Source of the DNA: an uncultured Spirochaetota bacterium
Lineage (GTDB): Bacteria; Spirochaetota; Spirochaetia; SZUA-6; Fen-1364
Reading direction: 5' to 3'
Length of the DNA stretch: 64,000 nucleotides
Assembly: GCA_963745235.1 (NCBI GenBank)
Contig: CAVUXE010000057.1
Location: forward strand, 15,565 to 79,564
The notes beneath the pieces were generated by a model that saw nothing but the letters and a program-made list of their open reading frames with translations, had not been told where the DNA came from and made no database searches. Positions 36,558 through 46,624 of the stretch are shown here, piece after piece (position 1 is the stretch's first letter; the number at the start of each line of letters is the position of its first letter). A program made the translations under genes and the position numbers.

Positions 36558-37718
36558 TCAGCCAGCGCGCCGGGGGATTGTCCTCTGGACTTGTTGCCTG
36601 GCCTGCGCGACCGTCGTTGGCCTGCTGAAGTTGTACACGAACTCACTGATGCGGTTCAGGTGCTGGCGGGTGACCTTGGTGAACATGACGTGCATGGAGC
36701 CGCCGCGTCCTATCTTTCGGCGGGCGCTCATCACCTTGCCGAACGCCCGGATCGGCGCTTTGCGGTCGATATCGAACTCCACCATGACGAGCTTTCCCTT
36801 TTCGAAGGGTTTCGTGGTCTGGATTGCGCAGCCGCCCGCGGAGAGATCGACGACGGTTCCCAGCGCGCGCATGCTCCTCTCCACGCTCGCCTTCTTCTGC
36901 ATCGTGCGGCCCTCCATGACTTCCGTGATGCGGATGGGGTAGAAGAAGCAGGAGCGCATAAGCTCCCGGCGCCTGCTCCTGCGGCGCTGCTCCCGCCGGA
37001 TGGTCTTTGAGTGCTGGATGAGCACGCAGGAGATCCCCTTGACGGTGTCATACCCCAGCACCTTGGAGGGGAAGGAATAGCCGGCGTCGTTGTCGCGCCA
37101 GAGATACACGGAAAGGCCCGTCCCGCGCATCCACCTCGTGTCGGCTCCGGCCGTGGCCTGCGGCGCCGCCACGGTGAGGAAATCCTTCATGTTGGAGACG
37201 AGCCTGCTCGCGAAGGGGCTTCCGCCCTGCGGCGTGATTGTCAGGACCTGCCCGGGCTTCAGCAGGATGGTCGAGCTCAGCGTGGCCCCGCGGCGCGCGT
37301 TTCGCTCGATGATCTGCTTGATCTGGAAGATGATGGCGGCGCGCTTTTCCCGCTCCTCCTCCGTGACGCCCCGCGCATTCTGGAGCGAGTAGAGGCCTTT
37401 CTTCAGGGTGTCGTCCAGAAGCCCGACGCTCGTGAAGACCAGGGTCGGCTGCTTGACCTTGCATGCGACAACCAGGTTTTCCAGCATGTCGACGTGCGCC
37501 GGAGGCAGGCCGAGGGACTTGGCGGTGCGGCGGAACGCCGTGCTGGAATAGCGGGCCTCGTCGGCCGCCGTGCGCGGCCGGCTCCTGCGGTTGATGACGG
37601 CCGCAACCAGGATGAGCAGCGCGACACCGGCAATCACCGCCGCGAAGGAAATGATGATGCTTCGCGAGCTGCTTCCCGGGCCGCCCAGGAACTGGTAGGC
37701 CGTCTGCAGCGCTATCAT
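36558..37718 (-). CDS. Membrane-anchored PilZ domain protein (flagellar brake-like)
   Basis: N-terminal TM segment; QRRRSRR and DLSAGG c-di-GMP motifs. Confidence 0.82.
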   Translation of the reverse strand: MIALQTAYQFLGGPGSSSRSIIISFAAVIAGVALLILVAAVINRRSRPRTAADEARYSSTAFRRTAKSLGLPPAHVDMLENLVVACKVKQPTLVFTSVGLLDDTLKKGLYSLQNARGVTEEEREKRAAIIFQIKQIIERNARRGATLSSTILLKPGQVLTITPQGGSPFASRLVSNMKDFLTVAAPQATAGADTRWMRGTGLSVYLWRDNDAGYSFPSKVLGYDTVKGISCVLIQHSKTIRREQRRRSRRRELMRSCFFYPIRITEVMEGRTMQKKASVERSMRALGTVVDLSAGGCAIQTTKPFEKGKLVMVEFDIDRKAPIRAFGKVMSARRKIGRGGSMHVMFTKVTRQHLNRISEFVYNFSRPTTVAQARQQVQRTIPRRAG

Positions 37719-38576
37719 GCGCCCCCCTCCAGGAGCGGCATGAGGCGCGTCATGCGGGGAGCGATCTCGTATTCAAGAAGGTCGCCGATGAGCACTGAGT
37801 CCTTCGCGTTGAAAGCCGCCACCAGGTCGCGGAGGACCGGAGTCAGGTCCGCGATCATGCGCCCCCGCTCCGCATCCGGGGGGAGGAAGGGGACCAGGGA
37901 AAGCATGGAATGCACCGTGTCGGTGAACCCTATGACGGTCTCCATTGCGGCCTTGTCTTTTCCCGTCTGGAGAAGCACGGACACCTCGGGGAGACTGTCC
38001 ACGCGCGCGCGCAGGTCCGAAAGGCATCTCGCAAGGGCCTCACGTGGCTGCGCCGCGTCCGCGATCCGCTTCGATAACTCCTCGCGGAGCAGTCCAACCA
38101 GAGCGACCGCATTCTGGCGCTGCTCCGGGGACCAGCGGCGCATGTCCGCCGGCTGAACCCCTTCGAACAGGCGAATGAACCTGTCCAGGGCGTCCGCGCC
38201 CGGTGGGAGAAACGGGTTGGCGCGGATGCCGTCCACGGTCTCCGAAAGATTCGAAAGCAGCTCCTCCAGAACGGGACCGGGGGCCCTGATCTCGTCCGCG
38301 AACATGCCGAGCCACTGGTCCAGGGTCTGCCAGTGCTCCACTTTCATGTCAGCGGTGTGAAGGGCCTGGATCTCTATTTCATTCGACGGAATCCACAGCG
38401 GTGCCTCCCCAGATGCCTGCCGGCATGGACAACAGGTCCTGCCCGTCGGCCTGCAGGCCCGTGATGACGAATCCGGCCGCGCCGAGCCATGCCTGGACGC
38501 CGCTCATCACCTCGGCGAGGGTCTTCTCCTTTTCCAGGGAAAAGCTGACCTGTTCACCGTTGATTTTCAGCAGCAC
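37715..38576 (-). CDS. Hypothetical protein downstream of fliD (one gene, indel near 38385)
   Basis: The 65-aa ORF MLLKINGEQVSFSLEKEKTL continues into the 210-aa ORF ending DSVLIGDLLEYEIAPR. Confidence 0.65.
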
Positions 38577-38600
38577 GAGAGGCTCCTTTTCGTCCCGGCA

Positions 38601-40618
38601 TTACTGGTTCTGCTTGTTGAAGTTCTGGAGGGACTGTGAGTTCTTCTGCAGGGTGTCGAGCGAGCTCTGCATCTGGCCATACTTCCTCTTCAAATCGGCA
38701 AGATAGTCATCCAGCTTGGTCTTGTAGTCATCTATCGAGCGTGAGTTCCTGGCGATCTGCGAATCCAGGTCGGTGACCCGCTGCGGATAGATGCCGGTTT
38801 CCTGCACATACGGCCGCAGGAGGTTGTCCAGGGAATAGGCGGCCCCGCTGTTGATGACGAGGCTTCCCGTTGTGTCATTCCCGAACAGCTGCTTCACAGC
38901 CTCCGGATGCTGTTCGATTGCCGCGGTGAGCTTGGCCTCGTCCACCTCCAGGTATCCCCGCAGCTTCGTTTTGTCCAGGGAGAGCGCGCCGGGGGCCCTG
39001 GCGTCAGTCGAGATCCCGATCTGCGCCAGGAGGCGCATGTCCCGTCCGAGGGACGTGGGGTAGGGGTTCATCATGATGTTCTGCAGGGAGTTCTTCATCT
39101 GCATCAGGGAGATTTCACCCATGAGCAGACCCATGTCGTCCTGGGCTTTCTTCTTCTCGTCGTCCGTGAGGTACGATGCGTCCTCGATGATCTGCGGGTC
39201 CTTGCGCGTGAGGACATCGATCTGGGTGATGGTCCGGTTGTACGCGCCCAGCAGGTCCAGGAGCTGTTTCTTGATCCCTTCGGTATCATGCTTGACCGTC
39301 AGGGTGACCGGCGAATCGCTCGGGGCCTTCAGGTTCAGCGTCACGCCGGGGAGCACGTCGTCAATGGTGTTCGAAGGTCGAGTGACATCGATGCCGTCAA
39401 CGGAGAGCACCGCGTCCCCCGCCTGGTTGAGCGCGTTCTTCGGCACGTAGTCTCCCCGCTGAGTCTTGTCATACAGGGAGATGTCCTTCACGGAAAGGCG
39501 GCGATAGGTGTTGCGGTTTCGCAGGTCCAACGCGCTCAGGCTGGACGCTTGCTCTCCGACCGGGATCTCAATCTTCTGGAAATCCGTTGAGTCCGACAGT
39601 GGAGGGAGGGGGACCTCCTTCCCGTCGGCTTCCATGAAAAGCATCTGCAGGTCATCCACCTTCTCCGGGGGCTTGGGCGGCTCCCAGGGAGGAGGGGGCC
39701 CGCGACGGCTGGCTCTCTATCTTGATTCCCTGGTAGTCGATTCCGCCCGTGGACGGAACACTCGGTCCCGGTGGCGCCGCTGCCTGGCTGGGCGGCGTTT
39801 CGGGAAGGTGCTCCACTTTCACCGAGAGCTCCAGGACCATGTTCTTGTTGAGCGTTGCCGCGGGGCTGACGGGAACCTTGATCTCCGAGCCTGGATTGAG
39901 GGTGATAGTGCCGTTCTGGATCACTACGGCGCCCGGCCGCCGGCGGTGTAGTCCATGTGCTCACCGCTTTGTCATTCAGCTGGACCTGGCGGCTGGCCGT
40001 CAGTGACCTTTCCAGCATCCCGGCCTTCACGCCCATGTCAGCGGCCGCCCCCAGAAGGGTGAGGCGGTTCTTGGCCCCGGTGACCTTGGATTCGATCAAG
40101 AGCACCTGCGTGGTTGGCGTGTCGTTGACAACCGAAGCGGACAGGAGGTCACCCCCCTTGGCGTTCAAGGCGTCAGCGAACGCCTTCACGGAACCGCCTT
40201 TCCAGGAGAGCCGCACTTCCTTGTCTCCGACACGAAACGCGTAGTCTCCTGGATCCACTACGAAATCCCGCGGAAGGGATTGGGAAAGGAACCTGTCTGC
40301 CGTGGCTGTCTTCTTGACGAGGATCTGCTTCGTCTCCTCCAGTGCCTGCCGGGTGGCAGAGGCAACGAGCGTCTTCTCATCGGAGGATGCGGCGATGCGG
40401 TCGTTGAAAGGGTTTTGAAAGCCGTACAGCGCTCGGGCGCTGTCTCGAAGGGTCGCAAGCCTGCGCGAAACATCCTGCCAGGAGCCCTTCTGCTGCTTCT
40501 CGAGGTCCACCTCTTTCTGCATGCGCTTCAGGGGCTCCCTCTTGGCCTCCATGAGGGCGTCGATTATCTTCTGAGTGTTGTATTTATCATTGACGCCTGG
40601 GATGGCAAAATCGGACAT
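38601..40618 (-). CDS. fliD: Flagellar filament cap protein FliD (indels near 39930 and 39690)
   Basis: MSDFAIPGV..KIIDALMEAKREP N-terminus; DGIDVTRPSNTIDDVLPGVTLNL; LKRKYGQMQSSL C-terminus. Confidence 0.9.
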
Positions 40619-40643
40619 CGTGCGGCGCTTACCCCCCTCCGCT

Positions 40644-40712
40644 CCCGCAGTACTCTGCGGGGTTTCCGCAGTACTCTGCGGGGTTCCGCTGCCCACACGG
40701 TATACCGTGTGG
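40644..40712. repeat. Three palindromic hairpins between flaG and fliD (dispersed family)
   Basis: CCGCAG-TACT-CTGCGG twice at 21-bp period and CCACACGG-TATA-CCGTGTGG at 40693-40712. Confidence 0.8.
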
Positions 40713-40740
40713 TTTTCAGCGGCGTTGCCCATCCGGCCCG

Positions 40741-41082
40741 TCAGATCTTCTCGTCGACCAGCAGCCCGATGGTCTCCTTGATCCGAGCGATAAGATGCTG
40801 GATTTCCTCGGGGGGGATCTCCTTGATTACCTTATCGGTTTCCCCGTCAACGACCTTGATGATCACCTGGTTGATCTCGTCGTTTACGGACAGCTTCACC
40901 CGCCGGTTGAACGCAAGAAACGTCCTCTCCAGCGCTTTCGCCTGTGCTTCGATCTCCGAGCGTGATAGCTGTGCGTCCGGCTGCGGACGCGGCTGCCGCT
41001 CGGGTGCTGCCCGGGGCTCTTTCATGAGCACATCCGGGACGGGATTCGATTTCAGAATCCCGGGTATCTCCATGCTCATCAT
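40741..41082 (-). CDS. flaG: Flagellar protein FlaG
   Basis: VIIKVVDGETDKVIKEIPPEE..GLLVDEKI. Confidence 0.92.
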   Translation of the reverse strand: MMSMEIPGILKSNPVPDVLMKEPRAAPERQPRPQPDAQLSRSEIEAQAKALERTFLAFNRRVKLSVNDEINQVIIKVVDGETDKVIKEIPPEEIQHLIARIKETIGLLVDEKI

Positions 41083-41284
41083 TGTACCTCCATGTACCTC
41101 ATTGTCACGGCCTTCACGCGGAGTCCGCGTGGTGTGCCCTGACGCTCATGCGTGAGGCAGTTCCCATTGCCTCACCCAAGAAAGGGGGCGGGAGGGCGCG
41201 ACCCCCCACTCCCGCGCACTCACCGGAAAAGGTGACGTCCAGTAACCTCTCCCGTCGGGAACGGTCCGATCTGAGCAGTCCCTT

Positions 41285-42148
41285 TCAGGCCAGCAACTGC
41301 AGAACCGACCTCGTCTTGAGATTGGCCTGCGCCAGCATTGCCGTGCTGGACTGCATCAGGATCTGATTCTTCACGTAGTCAACCATCTGTGAGGCCATGT
41401 CCGTGTCGCGAATCTGGGACTCCGCTGCCTGCATGTTCTCAGCAGCCACGGCAACTCCCTTCGCCGCCATCTCGAAGCGGTTCTGATATGCTCCGAGGTC
41501 GGCCCGCTGCCGGGAGACCCGCCTCATGGCGTTGTCCACCATGCCGATTGCCTGATTCGCCTTGTCGGGGGTGGAGATGGAGATGGACTGGTTGCCCCCT
41601 CCCGTCGCCATCAGCCCGAGGGCCTGCGCGGTCATGGTGCCGATGAACGCCTGCTTCCGCTGGTCCATGTTCGCCCCTACCTGGAAGAACATCTGCCCCG
41701 TCACGACGCCGCCCCCCGCGGGGTTGGCGAACTTGCCGGTCAGCATGTTCATCCCATTGAACTGGGCATGGGACGCGATCCTGTTGACCTCGTCCACCAG
41801 CTGTGAGACTTCCACCTGGATCTGCATCCGGTCTTCATCAGAGTAGATGCCGTTGGCCGACTGGACAGCCAGCTCACGGATCCGGTGCATGATGTCATGG
41901 GTCTCCGCCAGGTAGCCTTCCGTGGTCTGGATGAAGGACACCGCGTTCTCGATGTTCCTCTCCGCCTGATTGAGCCCGCGGATCTGGGAGCGGAGCTTCT
42001 CCGACACGGCCAGACCGGACGCGTCGTCTCCCGCCCTGTTGATCCGGAGCCCCGAGGACAGCTTTTCGATGTCCTTGTTCAGGTCCACCTCATTGAACTT
42101 CACCGTTCGATTCGCGAACAGAGCGCTCATGTTGTGGTTTATGATCAT
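41285..42148 (-). CDS. flaB: Periplasmic flagellar filament core protein FlaB
   Basis: [47 protein letters not shown]; 287 aa. Confidence 0.97.
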   Translation of the reverse strand: MIINHNMSALFANRTVKFNEVDLNKDIEKLSSGLRINRAGDDASGLAVSEKLRSQIRGLNQAERNIENAVSFIQTTEGYLAETHDIMHRIRELAVQSANGIYSDEDRMQIQVEVSQLVDEVNRIASHAQFNGMNMLTGKFANPAGGGVVTGQMFFQVGANMDQRKQAFIGTMTAQALGLMATGGGNQSISISTPDKANQAIGMVDNAMRRVSRQRADLGAYQNRFEMAAKGVAVAAENMQAAESQIRDTDMASQMVDYVKNQILMQSSTAMLAQANLKTRSVLQLLA

Positions 42149-42171
42149 GAAACCCTCCTTGACTGGAATCT

Positions 42172-42189
42172 GGAGGCGTCCGTGCCTCC
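42172..42189 (-). promoter_or_regulatory. CsrA-binding hairpin in the flaB leader
   Basis: mRNA GGAGGC-ACGGAC-GCCUCC, followed by the RBS CAAGGAGG (second ANGGA site). Confidence 0.8.
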
Positions 42190-42445
42190 CTCAGTACCTG
42201 CCATGTGTGCCGCCGGGGCCATTTCACGGGAAGGAGTCGCGCCTTCCTTCCCACCGTTCCCATTTCCCCCGCAACAGGGAAGCTTTGTCCGTGCCGCCAT
42301 GCAGTCTTCAGCAGTGAGCGCATGGCGTGCCGCGACGGGGCTTCCCTTTTCCCGACACACCTCAGGAGGGTTCTTTTTCAAAGATCAGAACGGAAACCGA
42401 TCCATCCGGTGCACCACTGTGTGGCGCACCCTTCAATGTACTCCT

Positions 42446-43306
42446 CTACTGGAGCAGCTGCAAGACCGTCCGCGGCTTGGCATTCGCCTGCGCGAGCATG
42501 GCAGTGGCGGACTGCGTTATGATGGCGTTCTTCGTGTACTCCACCATCTCGGAAGCCATGTCTGCGTCGCGGATGCGCGACTCTGCCGCCTGCATGTTCT
42601 CCGCCCCCACGTCCAGGCCTTTTACCGCGTACTCCAGGCGGTTCTGGTAGGCGCCGAGGTCCGCGCGCTGCTTGTTGATGAGCTTCAGCGCCGCGTCCAG
42701 CTGTCCGATGGAACGGTTGGCCCCGTCCGGCGTGGACATGGAGATGATCTGCCGGGTACCGACCTGGCGGATTCCCAGCGCTTCGGAGGTCATCGTGCCG
42801 ATGAACACGCGAACGCGCTGGTCCATGTTTGCGCCGATCTGCAGCCACATGGAGGCGGTGATGATGTTCTCTCCCGCCGCTCGCGCAAAGCGGCCCGTGA
42901 GCATGTTCATCCCGTTGAACTGCGCGTGGGAGGCAATGCGGTCCACCTCGTTGACGAGAGCGGATACCTCGACCTGGATCTGCATCCTGTCCTCATCCGT
43001 GTAGATGCCGTTGGCCGACTGGACCGAAAGCTCCCTCAGGCGCTGGACGATGTCCTGGCTCTCCTGGAGATAGCCTTCCGTGGTCTGGATGAAGGAGATC
43101 CCGTTTGATGCGTTGGTGCTTGCCTGGCGGAGACCCCGGATCTGGGACCTCATCTTCTCCGACACGGCCAGTCCTGACGCATCGTCCCCCGCGCGCGTGA
43201 TCCTGCTTCCCGACGACAGCTTTTCGAGGCTCTTGTCGAGGGCAAGCCCGTTCACGTTCAGCTGGCGCTCCGCGAACAGCGCGCTCATGTTGTGATTGAT
43301 GATCAT
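42446..43306 (-). CDS. flaB: Periplasmic flagellar filament core protein FlaB (paralog)
   Basis: [43 protein letters not shown]; ATG at 43306 after GGGAGG. Confidence 0.97.
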   Translation of the reverse strand: MIINHNMSALFAERQLNVNGLALDKSLEKLSSGSRITRAGDDASGLAVSEKMRSQIRGLRQASTNASNGISFIQTTEGYLQESQDIVQRLRELSVQSANGIYTDEDRMQIQVEVSALVNEVDRIASHAQFNGMNMLTGRFARAAGENIITASMWLQIGANMDQRVRVFIGTMTSEALGIRQVGTRQIISMSTPDGANRSIGQLDAALKLINKQRADLGAYQNRLEYAVKGLDVGAENMQAAESRIRDADMASEMVEYTKNAIITQSATAMLAQANAKPRTVLQLLQ

Positions 43307-43336
43307 GGTTTCCTCCCTGAAACCCTCTGATGTACC

Positions 43337-43354
43337 CCGGGCATCCATGCCCGG
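43337..43354 (-). promoter_or_regulatory. CsrA-binding hairpin in the flaB leader
   Basis: mRNA CCGGGC-AUGGAU-GCCCGG, followed by the RBS CAGGGAGG. Confidence 0.8.
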
Positions 43355-43526
43355 AGTCGGTTTTCCGGGGAGCTCTCCCGCTTCCTCAGGCCGAGCCATC
43401 CCTCCGATTTCCCTTGACCGGCCTTCCAGGTGTGCCGATACGCAGAATAGCGGAAGGAGGGTTGAGGCCCTTGAAGTCGGCCGGAGCTACCCTCAGTCCT
43501 TTTTTCGACAGGGGGGAGTTTAAAGA

Positions 43527-44678
43527 TTAGGCCTTTTTTTCCCTTTTTTCGGAAAGAGAATCGAGGTATCGCGCAGCTATCCGGTCGTCAGGATCGTACT
43601 CCAGCACCGTTCGAAAGAAGCCCAGAGCGTCGTCCCGGTTGCCTCCCTTCAGGGCGACGATGCCGAGATTCGAGATGACCTTGGTGTTTTCGGGCTCTAT
43701 TTTCAGCGCTTCCAGCAGCCGTTTCTGGCTTTCCGCCAGCTCGCCGAGCTCCATGAGGCAGATTGCCAGCTCGTTCAAAAGGTCCGCATGCGGGGCGCCG
43801 AGGCCAAGCGCCTTGAGAAACGCCTCTTTGCCCTGCGCGTACTCCCCGAGGCGCCTGTGCGCCCACCCGAGGAGAAACCACGCGTTCTGGAAGTCGGGGC
43901 GGGACTCGATGAACTCCTCGATGTAGCCGATCCCTTCCTTTTCCCTTCCCATGCGGATGGCATCAAAAGCCTTCTTGAACAGGCCATCTATCAGCCCCTG
44001 CGTGTCGATCTCCTTGACGATGCGCCTGGCTTCCGTGAGTCTCTTCTCATCGGCTCCGGTCTTGATGAAGACCTGCAGATGCTCCCGGGCCTTCTCGAAA
44101 GAGCGCTGGTGCAGATAGAAGTAGGCCAGATTGTAATGGATTGTCGGCTCCGAAGGATCCGCCGCGAGCGCTCTCTTGTAGGCTTCGAAGGCCAGCCCGA
44201 GGTATTCTTCCGCCCCTGCCTCGTTCTCCCGCTTCTCATGCTGGCGCGCTCGTTCCTCGTAGACGAGGGCGAGGTTCAGGAGCGTGGCGGCATCGTCTGG
44301 AAAGAGACCCTCAAGCGCGCGGAACACCTCTATGGCGAGCTCCGCGTCACCGTCCCTGGCCTTCAGGATTCCCAGGTGGGTGAACTCCTGCCTGATATCC
44401 GGTTTGACCGCCAGGACAAACCGGCGGTAGTAGTCCGTGTGAGGATTCTCCTGGTCCCACGCCAGCACCTTGAGGGCCCCGGCAACGATTGCCTCCCAGC
44501 TCAGCTCAGAGTTGGGAAGCGCCGCGGCTCCCTGCGGCATCTCGACGGGAAGGAGGATCTCGGGATCCAGCACGAAGGACCCTATCTGTCTTTGCGACGT
44601 CCCCTTGATGGAAACAAACCCGACGCTCGACAGCCTCGCTTTCTCATCCATCGTCGGCGCCGCTCCCTTCGCCGCCAT
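43527..44678 (-). CDS. Tetratricopeptide repeat protein
   Basis: Repeated TPR motifs (LLNLALVY, HYNLAYFY, AWFLLGWA, ISNLGIVA). Confidence 0.85.
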   Translation of the reverse strand: MAAKGAAPTMDEKARLSSVGFVSIKGTSQRQIGSFVLDPEILLPVEMPQGAAALPNSELSWEAIVAGALKVLAWDQENPHTDYYRRFVLAVKPDIRQEFTHLGILKARDGDAELAIEVFRALEGLFPDDAATLLNLALVYEERARQHEKRENEAGAEEYLGLAFEAYKRALAADPSEPTIHYNLAYFYLHQRSFEKAREHLQVFIKTGADEKRLTEARRIVKEIDTQGLIDGLFKKAFDAIRMGREKEGIGYIEEFIESRPDFQNAWFLLGWAHRRLGEYAQGKEAFLKALGLGAPHADLLNELAICLMELGELAESQKRLLEALKIEPENTKVISNLGIVALKGGNRDDALGFFRTVLEYDPDDRIAARYLDSLSEKREKKA

Positions 44679-45555
44679 CCGACGGCTCCTCGTCCGGGAA
44701 TGATCTATCGCTCTGCGGGGCCTGAGGGGGGGAAGGCTTGCCTGGCTCGACAGCGGTCTTCCGTTGGGAGGTGATATATGAGTTGATCAGGAGCTTGTAG
44801 CTCATGGGGGGGTCGCGCGGATACTCCACTGCGACAACGACGACATCCTTTCTCCCACCCACCTCATCTACCCTGCCGATGACACCGAGGAGCAGGAGCT
44901 CTCCTCCCTGCTCGCCCTTGGCAATCCTCAGTGTGACCGTGCTGCCGACAGCCTTGGGCGTGACCGCAGAGGTGAGGACCTTCGCGCCACCGAAAGACAA
45001 GTCTCGGAGAATGCCGCGATGCGCGGTGCCATTCAGCGACAGGATTGCCTCCCTGGTTTCCAGCCCGAGCTTCTTCATGCTCTCCGGGGTCACCAGGATC
45101 CGCTCCTCTTTTCGCCGCTGGGCGTTCGCGTTGGCATCCAGCAGGCTGCCGAGGATGGAGATAAGGTCGTCCGGGGGCCGCTGCGTGAACTCCACGGTGA
45201 GAAGCTGCACGTCCTGGTTCTGCGGATCATACGGAGTGAAGCCTCCGACCATGCAGGCGACGAAGAACGTGATGGGTTCCGGCTTGTCCGGGAGCTTGAA
45301 GCACCACCTCAGGGAAAGCCTGTTGTTCGCCCTGCGCAGGGCAATCAGGAATGTCTCCTTGACGGTCACGATCACCCGGGAGGCCGCCATTGAGCTGGAA
45401 AAAACCACGCACGGCCACTGTCGGTCGAGCACCTTCAGGTAGACGTTCTTTGCGACAAAGCCGGTCGCGCTGAGGACCTGCTTGTTGAACGTGATTTCCG
45501 TCTTGCCGAATTGCTCGAAAAAACGGGTGATCTGCTGCGCTGTGACGATGGACAT
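44644..45555 (-). CDS. PilZ domain protein, spirochetal PlzA-like
   Basis: QRRKEERI and RDLSFGG motifs after an N-terminal beta domain (WPCVVFSSSM). Confidence 0.78.
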   Translation of the reverse strand: MSIVTAQQITRFFEQFGKTEITFNKQVLSATGFVAKNVYLKVLDRQWPCVVFSSSMAASRVIVTVKETFLIALRRANNRLSLRWCFKLPDKPEPITFFVACMVGGFTPYDPQNQDVQLLTVEFTQRPPDDLISILGSLLDANANAQRRKEERILVTPESMKKLGLETREAILSLNGTAHRGILRDLSFGGAKVLTSAVTPKAVGSTVTLRIAKGEQGGELLLLGVIGRVDEVGGRKDVVVVAVEYPRDPPMSYKLLINSYITSQRKTAVEPGKPSPPQAPQSDRSFPDEEPSDGGEGSGADDG

Positions 45556-45601
45556 CGGGGCGATGCTCCCTTACTATTAGCCACCAATATAAAGAAGGGC
45601 A

Positions 45602-46624
45602 TTGTCGCTGTCAATTCGAGCGGGGAGGAAGACGTTGTATTCAGTATTCGGGGTGGAGAACCCCTTGATGGACATCATCGCCCACGTCGACTATGACTTT
45701 CTGCGTCGCTTCGACAAACAGCCCGGCTCGATGCACCTCGTAGACCACGCCGAAATAGAGAAGCTTCGGCGGGAGCTGCCCTCGTTTCGCGTCCTGCCGG
45801 GCGGAAGCGCCGCAAACACCGCGCGGGGGATCGCGTGGCTGGCGAGCCCGAGCGGTCGGGAGGTCCTGGAGCACCTCGGTGGCCTGAAACGCGAGGGAGA
45901 GGGCAACCTTCCTCCCGTATTCAACGGAGCGGTCGGGCGGGACGCCATCGGGGACCAGTTCGAACAGCTCATGACCGCCGCGGGCGTGTCCGCGTCCATC
46001 GTGCGCAAGGAAACCCCGACCGGCACGTCAGTCATCCTTGTGACCCCGGATGGCGAGCGAACGATGAACACCTTCCTGGGTGCCTGCCGGGACTTCGGGC
46101 CGCAGGATCTCGACCTCGGGAAGCTCGCCCGCTCCCGCATCCTCTACCTGACCGGCTACCTGTGGGATACCGCGCACCAGGATGCCGCCGCCCGGAAGGC
46201 CGCGGACTCCGGCGCCACGGTCGTTGCATTCGACCTGGCAGATTCCTTTGCCGTCCGCCGCTCGGGGGAGGCGTTTCGTTCATGGATTCCCGCTCACGTT
46301 GACGTGCTCTTCGGAAACAGGGACGAGATCGCTATCCTCACCGGGGCGTCGTGCGACGAGGACTGCGTGGCGGAGGCGGGAAGGTTCGCGCCTTTAGTCG
46401 TCATGAAGATGGGGGAAAAGGGCTGCATGCTCGGGCAGAAAGGCAAGCTGGAGGTTGTGCCCGGCGTTCCCGTGAGAATGGTCGACACCACCGGGGCCGG
46501 TGATGCGTTCGCGGCTGGCTTTCTTTTCGGGATGCTGCAGGGTGCCGAGCCGACTGTATGCGCGCGACTGGCGAATGCCATCGCCTCACGCATCGTCGGA
46601 CGCGAAGGATGCAGCTACGACTGA
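45602..46624 (+). CDS. PfkB family kinase, adenosine kinase-like
   Basis: ENPLMDI, GGSAANT, DGERTMNTFLGA, DTTGAGDAFAAGF. Confidence 0.85.
   Translation: MSLSIRAGRKTLYSVFGVENPLMDIIAHVDYDFLRRFDKQPGSMHLVDHAEIEKLRRELPSFRVLPGGSAANTARGIAWLASPSGREVLEHLGGLKREGEGNLPPVFNGAVGRDAIGDQFEQLMTAAGVSASIVRKETPTGTSVILVTPDGERTMNTFLGACRDFGPQDLDLGKLARSRILYLTGYLWDTAHQDAAARKAADSGATVVAFDLADSFAVRRSGEAFRSWIPAHVDVLFGNRDEIAILTGASCDEDCVAEAGRFAPLVVMKMGEKGCMLGQKGKLEVVPGVPVRMVDTTGAGDAFAAGFLFGMLQGAEPTVCARLANAIASRIVGREGCSYD

Noticed and set aside
43430-43530. sigma28 promoter upstream of flaB
   Set aside because: The candidates (CTAA..GTCGAAAA, TCAA..TCCGCTAT) have poor spacing or poor match, so none can be supported.
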